Source: Xanthobacteraceae bacterium (GTDB taxonomy: Bacteria > Pseudomonadota > Alphaproteobacteria > Rhizobiales > Xanthobacteraceae). From it: a DNA stretch of 64,000 nucleotides. The position numbers were made by a program, and so were the translations under genes. The DNA lies in contig JAHBZE010000002.1 in the NCBI GenBank assembly GCA_019635585.1, forward strand, positions 1,012,007-1,076,006. The letters run 5' to 3'. Below the pieces are notes generated by a model, which did not search any database, was not told the origin of the DNA, and was given only the letters and a program-made list of their open reading frames with translations. Below, piece after piece: positions 18,663-27,460 of this stretch (within the stretch, counting starts at the first letter, position 1; each line of letters opens with the position of its first letter).

Positions 18663-19374
18663 AATCCTCCGCATCGAAAATCTGCGCGCGGGATACGGCG
18701 AAGCGGTCGTGCTGCCCGATCTTTCGCTAAGCCTCGAACAGGGCCAGTCGCTCGCGCTGCTCGGCCGCAACGGCATGGGCAAGACCACGCTCGTCAACTC
18801 GATCATCGGCGTCACGCGCCGCTTTAGCGGCAGGATTGTGCTCGCCGGCCGCGACATCACAGCGCTTCGCCCCGATCAGCGTGCGCTGGCCGGCGTCGGC
18901 TGGGTCCCGCAGGAACGCAACATCTTCAAGTCGCTGACGGTTACCGAAAATCTTACCGCGGTCGCAACACCTGGAAATTGGACCGTCGATCGCGTGTTCG
19001 GCATGTTTCCGCGTCTCGCCGAGCGCCGCTTCAATCTCGGCAACCAGCTTTCCGGCGGCGAACAGCAGATGCTGGCGGTCGGCCGCGCGCTGGTCCTGAA
19101 CCCGAAGCTGCTTCTGCTCGACGAACCGCTTGAGGGTCTCGCCCCGATCATTGTCGACGAACTGCTCGCCGCACTCCGCCGGATCATTTCCGAGGAGAAG
19201 CTGTCCGCGATTCTGGTCGAGCAGAACGCCCAGAAGATCCTCGGCGTCACCGACCGCGCGGTGATTCTCGAGCGCGGCATGGTCGTTCATGCCGCCAAAA
19301 GCGCCGACCTCCGCCGCCAGCCCGAAATCCTCGAAAGCTATCTCGGAGTGAACAAGGCGAGAGCCGCGCACTAG
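18655..19374 (+). CDS. ABC transporter ATP-binding protein (LivF type)
   Basis: Walker A GRNGMGKTT, signature LSGGEQQML, Walker B LLLDEP. Confidence 0.92.
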   Translation: MTEILRIENLRAGYGEAVVLPDLSLSLEQGQSLALLGRNGMGKTTLVNSIIGVTRRFSGRIVLAGRDITALRPDQRALAGVGWVPQERNIFKSLTVTENLTAVATPGNWTVDRVFGMFPRLAERRFNLGNQLSGGEQQMLAVGRALVLNPKLLLLDEPLEGLAPIIVDELLAALRRIISEEKLSAILVEQNAQKILGVTDRAVILERGMVVHAAKSADLRRQPEILESYLGVNKARAAH

Positions 19375-19405
19375 CGCTTGGCTGAAATCTCGAAGAAATC
19401 AGCAT

Positions 19406-19431
19406 AAAAAGGTACTAAAATACCTTTTTTT
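19406..19431 (+). terminator. Rho-independent terminator after the Liv-type operon
   Basis: AAAAAGGTA-CTAAAA-TACCTTTTTTT: AT-rich stem with a U-run. Confidence 0.7.
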
Positions 19432-19494
19432 GGCGGTCGCCCGCTTCTCCTTGCGCCGCTATCGCTTAGCGCAAAGCGCTGGAATTTGAAGGCG

Positions 19495-19502
19495 TTAACC
19501 AT
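19495..19502 (+). promoter_or_regulatory. CtrA 8-mer motif TTAACCAT upstream of fliF
   Basis: Exact TTAACCAT 78 nt upstream of the fliF start, followed by a near repeat AAACCAT at 19507-19513. Confidence 0.55.
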
Positions 19503-19572
19503 TTGGAAACCATGAACAGGGAAATTTCTGCCTAGTGACCCCCGCCCTTGGGGGTGGCTGGGGAGAGTTTTC

Positions 19573-21255
19573 TTGAACGGCATTGTCGAATTCGTCCGTA
19601 CCCTGGGCGCGGCCCGGCTTGCCGCCATGGGCGCGGTAGCCGCGGCCCTGATCTTCTTCTTTCTGTTCATCATCGCGCGGGTCACCACGCCGGCGATGGC
19701 GCCGCTGTTCACCGAACTCTCGCTCGACGATTCGGGCCGTATCGTCCGCGAACTGGAAACCCAAGGCATCCAGTACGAGATCAAGCACGACGGCGCGACC
19801 ATCATGGTCCCGAAGGACAAGATCGCCCGCACCCGCATGCGCCTTGCCGAAACCGGCCTGCCGCGCGGCGGCAATGTCGGCTACGAAATCTTCGACCGTA
19901 CCGACACGCTCGGCACCACCTCGTTCGTGCAGAACGTCAATCGCGTCCGCGCGCTGGAAGGCGAGCTCGCCCGCACCATCCGCTCCATAGACCGCATTGC
20001 CGCCGCGCGCGTGCATCTCGTGATTCCCGAGCGTCAGCTCTTCTCGCGCGACCAGCAAGAGCCCTCCGCCTCCATCGTCTTGCAGGTGCGCGGCTCGCTG
20101 GAAATGTCGCAGGTCCGCGCGATCCGACACCTCGTCGCCTCCGCCGTGCGCGGGCTGAAGACCGAGCGCATCTCCATCGTGGACGAGCGCGGCCAGCTGC
20201 TCGCCGACGGCTCCAGTGAGACCACGTCCGGCATTACCGGCATGGAAGAGCGCAATGCCGCGTTCGAGCGCAAAATGAAGGAGCAGATCGAAGCGATCGT
20301 GACGAGCGTGGTCGGCGCGAACCGTGCGCGTGTCACCGTTTCTGCCGAGTTGGACTATACCCGCATACAGCAGACCTCCGACAGCTTCGATCCCGAAAGC
20401 CGCGTAGTGCGCTCGACCCAGACCCGCGAAGAGCAATCCACTACCGCGAACTCCCAGAACAACGATGGTGTCACTGTCGCCAACGAAATCCCCGGCAATA
20501 ATCAGCCGCGCAATCCGCAGCAACAGCAACCGCAGCAGCCGCGCGACAATGCGCGCAAGACCGAGGAAGTCGTCAATTACGAGATCACCCGCACCACCCG
20601 CACCGAGACGCTCGAACCCGGCCGCGTAAAACGTATCTCCGTCGCCGTGCTGGTCGACGGCAACTACACCAAGGGCAACAATAACGAAGTCGCTTACGCC
20701 CCGCGCAGCAAGGAAGAACTCGACCGCATCACGGCGCTGGTGCGCTCCGCAATCGGCTTCAACGAGAAGCGTGGCGACATGATCGAGGTCGTGAACTTGC
20801 GCTTCGCTGAACCCACCGTGATTCCGCCGGCGAGCGCCGATACCGGGTTCCTCTCGATGCTGCGCTTCACCACCGACGACATCATGCGTTTCGTCGAGAT
20901 CGGCGTGATGATGATCCTCGGCCTTCTGGTGCTTCTGTTCGTGGTCCGCCCGCTCGTGCGCCGCGTGATCACGCCTGAAGAAAATGCGACCGGCGCGCTT
21001 GCACCGGCCGCCGCGAATGTACCTGCGCTTGCGCCGCCCGGCGGACAGCACCAGGCTGTGGCGCCGCCGCTCGCGCCGGCAGCGCCTTCGCCGCGCGCCG
21101 AATCCGATCATCCCGCCGCGCGCCTGATCGAATCCGCGCAGATCCAGGGCGAAGCGCATCAGAAGTCGATGCAGAAGGTCGGTGAGCTCGTGCAGAACAA
21201 TCCGCAGGAGACCGTTTCCGTGCTTCGTCAGTGGATGAACGAGCGCACGGCCTGA
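19573..21255 (+). CDS. fliF: Flagellar M-ring protein FliF
   Basis: 560 aa. TTG start preceded by GGGGAGAG. Has FliF N-terminal TM and YscJ/FliF domain motifs (GIQYEIKHDGATIMVP, RMRLAETGLP) and a C-terminal TM. Confidence 0.95.
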   Translation: MNGIVEFVRTLGAARLAAMGAVAAALIFFFLFIIARVTTPAMAPLFTELSLDDSGRIVRELETQGIQYEIKHDGATIMVPKDKIARTRMRLAETGLPRGGNVGYEIFDRTDTLGTTSFVQNVNRVRALEGELARTIRSIDRIAAARVHLVIPERQLFSRDQQEPSASIVLQVRGSLEMSQVRAIRHLVASAVRGLKTERISIVDERGQLLADGSSETTSGITGMEERNAAFERKMKEQIEAIVTSVVGANRARVTVSAELDYTRIQQTSDSFDPESRVVRSTQTREEQSTTANSQNNDGVTVANEIPGNNQPRNPQQQQPQQPRDNARKTEEVVNYEITRTTRTETLEPGRVKRISVAVLVDGNYTKGNNNEVAYAPRSKEELDRITALVRSAIGFNEKRGDMIEVVNLRFAEPTVIPPASADTGFLSMLRFTTDDIMRFVEIGVMMILGLLVLLFVVRPLVRRVITPEENATGALAPAAANVPALAPPGGQHQAVAPPLAPAAPSPRAESDHPAARLIESAQIQGEAHQKSMQKVGELVQNNPQETVSVLRQWMNERTA

Positions 21256-21263
21256 TCTGAACC

Positions 21264-22325
21264 ATGAACGCTCCCGCCGCCATAACCTCCAGCAAGCCGA
21301 AAAAGCCGGCGCCCGTGCATAACGGCAAGGCGCTCACCGGCGTCGAGCGAGCGGGCATCCTGATGCTCTCGCTCGGCCAGGAGCACGGCGAGGAAGTCTG
21401 GAAGCTCTTGGACGAAGACGAAATCCGCGAACTTTCCATCGCGATCGCCCGTCTCGGCGTAATCGACTCGAACATCGTCGATTCCCTGCTCGTCGATTTC
21501 GTCGGCCAGCTTTCCGGCAACGGCGGCTTGCTCGGCAACACGACCGCGACCGAGCGGCTCCTGAACCAGTTTCTCCCCTCCGACCGCGTCAACGCGATCA
21601 TGGAAGAAATCCGCGGCCCCGCCGGCCGCAATATGTGGGAGAAGCTCTCCAACGTTCAGGAAGACGTGCTCGCGAACTACCTCAAGAACGAATATCCGCA
21701 GACCATCGCAGTGGTGCTTTCGAAGATCCGCTCCGAACAGGCGGCGCGCGTGCTCGCGATTCTGCCCGAGCCGGTCGCACTCGACGTCATCAATCGCCTG
21801 ATCAAAATGGAGTCGGTGCAGAAAGACGTACTCGAGCGCGTCGAACAAACGTTGCGCTCCGAATTCATGTCCACGCTTTCGCAAACCTCGAAGCGCGATC
21901 CCTACCAGCCGATCGCGGAAATTTTCAACTTCTTCGACCGCCAGACGGAATCGCGCTTCTTCGCGGCAATGGAAACCACGCAGAAGGAATCCGCCGAGCG
22001 CATCAAGACCTTGATGTTCACCTTCGACGACCTCGTGAAGCTCGATGGCGGCGCGATCCAGACGCTCTTGCGCAAGTTCGACAAGGGCAAGCTCACGATT
22101 GCGCTGAAAGGCGCGACCGAAACCGTCCGCGAATACTTCCTGAAAAACATGTCGCAGCGCGCCGCCAAGATGATGGTCGACGATCTGCAGAACATGGGCC
22201 CGGTACGGCTGCGCGAAGTCGACGAAGCGCAGGCGGCGATGATCGCGACCGCCAAGGACCTCGCCGACAAGGGCGAGATCATGATCGTCAAAAGCGGCAA
22301 CTCCGACGACGAGTTGGTGTACTGA
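21264..22325 (+). CDS. fliG: Flagellar motor switch protein FliG
   Basis: Full-length FliG pattern (GVERAGILMLSLGQEHGEEVWKLLDEDEIRELS ... MFTFDDL ...). Confidence 0.97.
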   Translation: MNAPAAITSSKPKKPAPVHNGKALTGVERAGILMLSLGQEHGEEVWKLLDEDEIRELSIAIARLGVIDSNIVDSLLVDFVGQLSGNGGLLGNTTATERLLNQFLPSDRVNAIMEEIRGPAGRNMWEKLSNVQEDVLANYLKNEYPQTIAVVLSKIRSEQAARVLAILPEPVALDVINRLIKMESVQKDVLERVEQTLRSEFMSTLSQTSKRDPYQPIAEIFNFFDRQTESRFFAAMETTQKESAERIKTLMFTFDDLVKLDGGAIQTLLRKFDKGKLTIALKGATETVREYFLKNMSQRAAKMMVDDLQNMGPVRLREVDEAQAAMIATAKDLADKGEIMIVKSGNSDDELVY

Positions 22326-22963
22326 TGAGCGCAACCAGCACCAAGTCGCCCGCCAAATATCTGTTCGACGTCGAATTCGGCGGCAACAGCCGCTTCGGCG
22401 ATCTTTCCGGCAACGCACGCGCGGCGATCGCGGACGCGGAGAAAATCGCCTTCCGGAACGGTTTCGAGGCCGCGAAGAAGGAAGGCGAACAGAAATGCGC
22501 GGCACAACTCGAACGCGTCGCCGCCGAGATGCATCTTGCGGTCGCAAAGCTCGCCGCGATCGAAACGAGGTTGGAACGCGAAGCGATCGATGTCGCAAGC
22601 GCAATTGCGCACCAACTCGCCCCCGCACTCATCGCACGCCAGCCGCTCGCCGAAATCGAAGCGCTGGTCCTCGACGTGCTCTCTCATGTGCGGGCCGCGC
22701 CCCATGTCGCGGTGCGGATTTCGCCGGAGATGACGGAAGAGGCTGGCGCACGCCTGAAGAAGATCGCCGAGGAGCGCGGTTTTGCGAACAAGCTCGTTAT
22801 TCTTCCAGATCCTGCGATCGCAAGCGGCAACTGCTTGATCGAATGGGCTGACGGCGGCGTTTGCCGCGACGCTGAAGCGATCAAGAGCCGCATTCAGCAA
22901 GCGATTCAGAATTATCTCGGGGCGCCCGCAGGCACGCCCGAAATGCCGGAGAACCAGTCATGA
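22325..22963 (+). CDS. fliH: Flagellar assembly protein FliH (FlbE-like)
   Basis: 212 aa from the ATG at 22325 (TGATG overlap with fliG). Position between fliG and fliN matches the Caulobacter fliF operon. Coiled-coil N-terminal half plus a FliH-like C-terminal half. The longer ORF from 21635 is an out-of-frame overlap with fliG. Confidence 0.8.
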   Translation: MSATSTKSPAKYLFDVEFGGNSRFGDLSGNARAAIADAEKIAFRNGFEAAKKEGEQKCAAQLERVAAEMHLAVAKLAAIETRLEREAIDVASAIAHQLAPALIARQPLAEIEALVLDVLSHVRAAPHVAVRISPEMTEEAGARLKKIAEERGFANKLVILPDPAIASGNCLIEWADGGVCRDAEAIKSRIQQAIQNYLGAPAGTPEMPENQS

Positions 22964-23313
22964 GCGACGACAACAAACCGCCGCTGCCGAATCTCGAAGC
23001 AGACGTCGATCTGATCAATCCGGCAGCGCCGCCGACCGCGCCGGATGCGGATCATTCGGTGAAGAATGCTGGCGACCTCGAAGCGGTGTTCGACGTGCCG
23101 GTGCATGTATCCGCCGTGCTCGGACGCACGCGCATGGATGTCGGCGATCTTTTAAAGATCGGACCGGGCACCATGCTCGAGCTCGACCGCAAGGTCGGCG
23201 AAGCCATCGATATTTTCGTGAACAACCGTCTGGTCGCGCGCGGAGAAGTCGTGCTGGTGGAAGACCGCCTCGGCGTGACCATGACGGAAATCATCAAAGC
23301 CGACCGGAACTAA
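22960..23313 (+). CDS. fliN: Flagellar motor switch protein FliN
   Basis: SpoA domain VPVHVSAVLGRTRMDVGDLLKIGPGTMLELDRKVGEAIDIFVNNRLVARGEVV. ATGA overlap with fliH. Confidence 0.95.
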   Translation: MSDDNKPPLPNLEADVDLINPAAPPTAPDADHSVKNAGDLEAVFDVPVHVSAVLGRTRMDVGDLLKIGPGTMLELDRKVGEAIDIFVNNRLVARGEVVLVEDRLGVTMTEIIKADRN

Positions 23314-23333
23314 CGGGCGGACGGAGCATACCC

Positions 23334-24698
23334 ATGCGGCTACTCATCATCGGCACCCTCAAAGGCCAGCTCTCGACGGCGACCAAGATCGCAATCGACC
23401 GTGGCGCGAGCGTCACCCACGCGGTCGACAACGAACAGGGCCTGAAAGTACTGCGCTCACGCGGCGCCGATCTCATCATGGCCGATGTCACGCTCGACAT
23501 TCGCGAACTCGTTTCGAAAATCGCCGACGAACGCATGCATGCGCCGGTCGTCGCCTGCGGCGTCGAAAACGATGCGCGCGCGGCGGTCGATGCAATCCAT
23601 GCCGGCGCGAAGGAATACATCCCGCTGCCGCCGGACCCGGAACTGATCGCGGCGGTACTTGCCGCCGTCGCCGACGACGGCCGCGACTTCGTGTTCCGCG
23701 ACGAGGCCATGGCGCGCGTCGTGCGGCTCGCAGCGCAAGTGGCAGGCTCGGAAGCATCGATCCTGATTACCGGCGAAAGCGGAACGGGCAAGGAAATGCT
23801 CGCGCGCTTCGTGCATGTGAAAAGCCAGCGCGCCTCGAAAGTCTTCGTTTCGGTGAACTGCGCTGCGATCCCAGAAAACCTGCTCGAATCCGAGCTGTTC
23901 GGCCATGAGAAGGGTGCCTTTACCGGCGCGATCGCGCGGCGCATCGGCAAGTTCGAGGAAGCGAACGGCGGCACGCTGTTGCTCGACGAGATTTCAGAAA
24001 TGGACGTTCGCCTCCAGGCGAAATTACTTCGCGCGATTCAGGAACGCGTGATCGACCGCGTCGGCGGCACGCGCCCCGTTCCGGTCGACATCCGCATCAT
24101 CGCGACCTCGAACCGCAACTTGGCTGAAGAAGTCCGCGCCGGCCGTTTCCGCGAGGATCTGCTCTACCGCCTCAACGTCGTGAATCTGCAGATCCCGCCG
24201 TTGCGCGAGCGCCCGCAGGACGTGCTCGAACTGGCCGATCACTTCATCGCGCATTATGCCGATGTGAACGGCGTGGCTCCGAAGCCGCTCTCGCAGGAAG
24301 CCAAGCGCGAACTCCTGCGCAACCGCTGGCCCGGCAACGTGCGAGAAATGGAAAACACGATCCACCGCGCGGTGTTGCTCGCCACGGGCGACGAGATCGG
24401 CGTCGATGCGATCCGCCTTCCCGACGGCACCTCGCTTACGAACGCGCCTAGCGGCCCGGTCGCGCATGCGCAGCAGGTCTCCGACCAGTTGGCGGCCTCG
24501 CTGGTCGGCCGCACGGTCGCGGATGTCGAGCGCGATCTCATTCTTTCGACGCTGAAGCACTGCCTCGGCAACCGCACCCACGCGGCGAATGTGCTTGGCA
24601 TCTCGATTCGCACGCTCCGGAACAAGCTCAACGAGTATTCGGCGGAAGGTCTCGAAATACCCGCACCTGCCTCGGGCGTCGCCGCCGGCGCCGCGTAA
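23334..24698 (+). CDS. flbD: Sigma-54-dependent transcriptional regulator FlbD (NtrC family)
   Basis: Receiver-like N-terminus, AAA+ core (GESGTGKE, GAFTGA, ESELFGHEKGAFTG) and a C-terminal Fis HTH. Last gene of a fliF-fliG-fliH-fliN-flbD arrangement, as in Caulobacter. Confidence 0.9.
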   Translation: MRLLIIGTLKGQLSTATKIAIDRGASVTHAVDNEQGLKVLRSRGADLIMADVTLDIRELVSKIADERMHAPVVACGVENDARAAVDAIHAGAKEYIPLPPDPELIAAVLAAVADDGRDFVFRDEAMARVVRLAAQVAGSEASILITGESGTGKEMLARFVHVKSQRASKVFVSVNCAAIPENLLESELFGHEKGAFTGAIARRIGKFEEANGGTLLLDEISEMDVRLQAKLLRAIQERVIDRVGGTRPVPVDIRIIATSNRNLAEEVRAGRFREDLLYRLNVVNLQIPPLRERPQDVLELADHFIAHYADVNGVAPKPLSQEAKRELLRNRWPGNVREMENTIHRAVLLATGDEIGVDAIRLPDGTSLTNAPSGPVAHAQQVSDQLAASLVGRTVADVERDLILSTLKHCLGNRTHAANVLGISIRTLRNKLNEYSAEGLEIPAPASGVAAGAA

Positions 24699-24737
24699 AG
24701 TTTACGACCCCCACCAAGCGACCAAGCCAAAGAGATA

Positions 24738-24762
24738 GGCCGGACAGAAGTCCGGCCTTTTT
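24738..24762 (+). terminator. Rho-independent terminator after flbD
   Basis: GGCCGGAC-AGAA-GTCCGGCC followed by TTTTT. Confidence 0.85.
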
Positions 24763-24783
24763 CATTTGAGCCGTTAACGCCCG

Positions 24784-24802
24784 TTAACCCTTCGCTAACC
24801 AT
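24784..24802 (+). promoter_or_regulatory. CtrA-box-like site TTAA-N7-CTAACCAT upstream of flhA
   Basis: TTAACCCTTCGCTAACCAT has correct N7 spacing and one mismatch in the second half, which also resembles the TTAACCAT 8-mer. An extra TTAAC lies at 24774-24778. The site is 57-75 nt upstream of the flhA ATG. Confidence 0.5.
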
Positions 24803-24808
24803 AAGGCA

Positions 24809-24822
24809 GGCAAAAATTGCCG
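24809..24822. promoter_or_regulatory. Palindrome GGCAA-AAA-TTGCC(G), a possible FlbD/ftr-type operator
   Basis: Perfect 5+5 dyad between the CtrA-like box and the flhA start. Same GGCA-N4-TTGCCG format as the site at 11202-11215. Confidence 0.4.
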
Positions 24823-24858
24823 GGGGAGCGCGCCCTGCCCGGGGCGCGGAGAGAAAAG

Positions 24859-26970
24859 ATGTCCGACACAACCGCAGGCGTCAGTTACAAGCCAAAAATG
24901 CCCACGATGGGCGAGCTCGGCGCGCTACTCCGGCGCGGCGACCTGATGTTGGCCATCGCCGTCCTTGGCATCCTGGTCGTCCTGATCATGCCGCTGCCGC
25001 CGATGGTCCTCGACCTTCTGCTGGCGCTCTCGATCATCCTCTCGGTACTGATTCTTATGACGGCGCTCTTTATTCAGGGGCCGCTGGAATTTTCTGCCTT
25101 TCCGACCGTGCTCCTGATGGCGACGATGCTCAGGCTCTCGCTGAACCTCGCCTCGACGCGGCTTATTCTCACCCACGGCCATCAGGGCACTTCCGCCGCC
25201 GGCCACGTCATCGAAGCCTTCGGCAACTTCGTGATGGGCGGCAACTTCGTGATCGGCATCATCGTGTTCGCGATCCTTGTGATCGTGAACTTTGTCGTCA
25301 TCACCAAGGGCTCGGGCCGCATCGCGGAAGTCGCGGCCCGTTTTACCTTGGACGCCATGCCCGGCAAGCAGATGGCGATCGACGCCGATCTTTCCGCCGG
25401 ACTGATCGACGAGAACGAAGCTCGCAAACGGCGCAAGAACCTCGAGGACGAAAGCGCCTTCTACGGCGCGATGGACGGTGCCTCGAAATTCGTGCGCGGC
25501 GACGCGATCGCGGGTCTCCTGATTGTCTTCATCAACATCATCGGCGGCATCGTCATTGGCATGGCACAGCAGGGACTGACGTTCTCGAAGGCGGGCGCGG
25601 TCTATACGCTGCTCACCGTCGGCGACGGTCTGGTCACGCAGATTCCCGCACTGATCGTTTCGACCGCCGCGGGCCTGCTCGTCTCGAAAGCGGGCGTTTC
25701 GGGCGCCGCCGACAAGGCGTTGCTGAAGCAGTTGTCGAACTATCCAAAAGCGCTGGGTATGTCGGCAGGGGTCATGATTGTGCTTTCCACGCTGCCCGGT
25801 GTGCCGATGCTGCCGTTTCTGGCTCTCGGTACGGGAGCGGCAACGCTCGCCTTCGTTAGCACCCGTCAGAACAAGGCGGCGGCGGCCGCAGAAGCCGCGA
25901 AAGCCTCGGCGAAGGAACCGAGCCTGCCGCAGGAAGAGCCGATCGCGAATGCGCTGAAAATCGACGATCTCAAGATTGAAATCGGTTACGCGCTCTTGCC
26001 GCTCGTCAACGCACCCGACGGTTCGGATCGCCTCACCGAGCAGATCAAGGCGCTCCGGCGCCAGATCGCAAGCGAAATGGGCTTCGTTATGCCCTCGGTC
26101 CGCATCATCGACAACGTGCAGATGGAATCGAACGCTTACACGATCAAACTGAAAGAGGTCGATGCAGGTTCCGGCAAGGTGCATCCGGGCAGCCACATGG
26201 TTATGGATCCGGCGGGCGGTCAGGTGAACCTCGCCGGTCACCACACCACCGAGCCGACCTTCGGCCTGCCCGCAACCTGGGTGGACGAATCCTTGCGGGA
26301 GGAAGCGAGCCTGCGCGGCTACACCGTGGTCGATGCCGCGACCGTCATGTCGACGCATCTCGCCGAGGTGCTGAAAGCCAACATGGCGGACCTGCTTTCC
26401 TATGCGGAAGTGCAGAAACTCCTGAAAGAGCTGCCGAAGGAACAGAGCGAACTCTTGAAGGATATCGTGCCGAGCCAGATTTCGGCTTCAGGAATCCAGC
26501 GCGTGCTCCAGTTGCTCCTCTCCGAACGCGTCTCGATCCGCGACCTCGGCACAATTCTGGAAGGCATCGCCGAAGCCGTGCCGCACACCCGCAACGCTTC
26601 GCAGATCGTCGAGCAGGTGCGCGTGCGCCTTGCCCGCCAGCTTTGCGCCCAGCACGTGTCGCCGAACGGCTATCTGCCGCTCATTTCGCTTTCGCCGAAG
26701 TGGGAACAGGTTTTCGCGGAATCGATCGTGGGCACCGGCGACGACAAGTCGCTTGCCATGCAGCCGTCGAAGCTGACCGAGTTCGTCACTGAAGTGCGCG
26801 AGCGCTTCGAGCATGCCGCGCGCATGAACGAAGCACCCGTGTTGCTCACCTCCGCGACGGCACGCCCCTTCGTGCGGCAGATCGTGGATCGCTTCCGTCC
26901 ACAGACCTCGGTGATGTCACAGGCCGAGATTCATCCGCGGGTCCGGCTGAAGACTGTCGGCAGCGTATAA
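24859..26970 (+). CDS. flhA: Flagellar biosynthesis (type III export) protein FlhA
   Basis: Trimmed to the ATG at 24859 (SD GGAGAG). Canonical FlhA TM region (FPTVLLMATMLRLSLNLASTRLIL, VIGIIVFAILVIVNFVVITKGSGRIAEVAARFTLDAMPGKQMAIDADL) and cytoplasmic domain. Confidence 0.97.
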   Translation: MSDTTAGVSYKPKMPTMGELGALLRRGDLMLAIAVLGILVVLIMPLPPMVLDLLLALSIILSVLILMTALFIQGPLEFSAFPTVLLMATMLRLSLNLASTRLILTHGHQGTSAAGHVIEAFGNFVMGGNFVIGIIVFAILVIVNFVVITKGSGRIAEVAARFTLDAMPGKQMAIDADLSAGLIDENEARKRRKNLEDESAFYGAMDGASKFVRGDAIAGLLIVFINIIGGIVIGMAQQGLTFSKAGAVYTLLTVGDGLVTQIPALIVSTAAGLLVSKAGVSGAADKALLKQLSNYPKALGMSAGVMIVLSTLPGVPMLPFLALGTGAATLAFVSTRQNKAAAAAEAAKASAKEPSLPQEEPIANALKIDDLKIEIGYALLPLVNAPDGSDRLTEQIKALRRQIASEMGFVMPSVRIIDNVQMESNAYTIKLKEVDAGSGKVHPGSHMVMDPAGGQVNLAGHHTTEPTFGLPATWVDESLREEASLRGYTVVDAATVMSTHLAEVLKANMADLLSYAEVQKLLKELPKEQSELLKDIVPSQISASGIQRVLQLLLSERVSIRDLGTILEGIAEAVPHTRNASQIVEQVRVRLARQLCAQHVSPNGYLPLISLSPKWEQVFAESIVGTGDDKSLAMQPSKLTEFVTEVRERFEHAARMNEAPVLLTSATARPFVRQIVDRFRPQTSVMSQAEIHPRVRLKTVGSV

Positions 26971-26977
26971 AAGTTTA

Positions 26978-27006
26978 GGCCGCCGTAGCGCGACGCTGCG
27001 GCGGCC
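26978..27006. terminator. Long GC hairpin between convergent flhA and fliJ (bidirectional terminator candidate)
   Basis: GGCCGCCGTAGCG-CGA-CGCTGCGGCGGCC, about a 13 bp stem. No strong U-run. Confidence 0.6.
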
Positions 27007-27028
27007 CAATCTCTTCAATAAAACGAAC

Positions 27029-27436
27029 TTAGACGCGGATGCGCTGTGCGCCGATGCGGTCCATTTCCGCCTGCTCGCGGGCGGCTTCGATGCCGCGGCC
27101 ACGCATTGCGTCGCGCTCTTCCAGAATCTCGACCTTCTTCAATTCCTCGAAGGCGTCGGCGAGCTGCGCCCGGGCGTCCTCAAGCTGACCGTGAAGTTCC
27201 TGCGCGGAACGCTTCAGGTTATCCCGGCGCTGGATCGCGGCCTTGGCATAAGTCGGATAGGCGAAGTGCCCGGGGTCGTTGATGCCGGCGCGGTCCTGCT
27301 CGACCGTGATTTCACGTTCGAGATCGTTGGCCATGCGCTCGAATTCGGCGACCATCGCCTCGATCTGGGCGACCTGTCGACGCTTCTCGTCTACCTGAAA
27401 GCGCTTCAGGCGAATGAGGGTTTCACGCGATTTCAT
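27029..27436 (-). CDS. fliJ: Flagellar export chaperone FliJ
   Basis: 135 aa all-helical protein directly downstream of fliI. N-terminus MKSRETLIRLKRFQVDEKRRQV is typical of alphaproteobacterial FliJ. Confidence 0.8.
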   Translation of the reverse strand: MKSRETLIRLKRFQVDEKRRQVAQIEAMVAEFERMANDLEREITVEQDRAGINDPGHFAYPTYAKAAIQRRDNLKRSAQELHGQLEDARAQLADAFEELKKVEILEERDAMRGRGIEAAREQAEMDRIGAQRIRV

Positions 27437-27460
27437 CCCGGCGATACTCCACGCGACCGG

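Noticed and set aside
19495-21159. 554 aa minus-strand ORF
   Set aside because: Antisense to fliF, with no recognisable domains. High-GC shadow ORF.
21635-22324. N-terminal 230 aa extension of the fliH ORF
   Set aside because: This part overlaps fliG in another frame and is Arg-rich with no homology. fliH begins at the ATG at 22325 (TGATG junction).
24803-24822. Sigma-54 promoter-like GG ... TTGC upstream of flhA
   Set aside because: The GG to GC spacing is 10 or 14 nt instead of 12, so it does not fit a -24/-12 promoter. It reads better as a palindromic operator.
24925-26358. 477 aa minus-strand ORF
   Set aside because: Antisense to flhA. Arg/His/Asp-rich nonsense composition.
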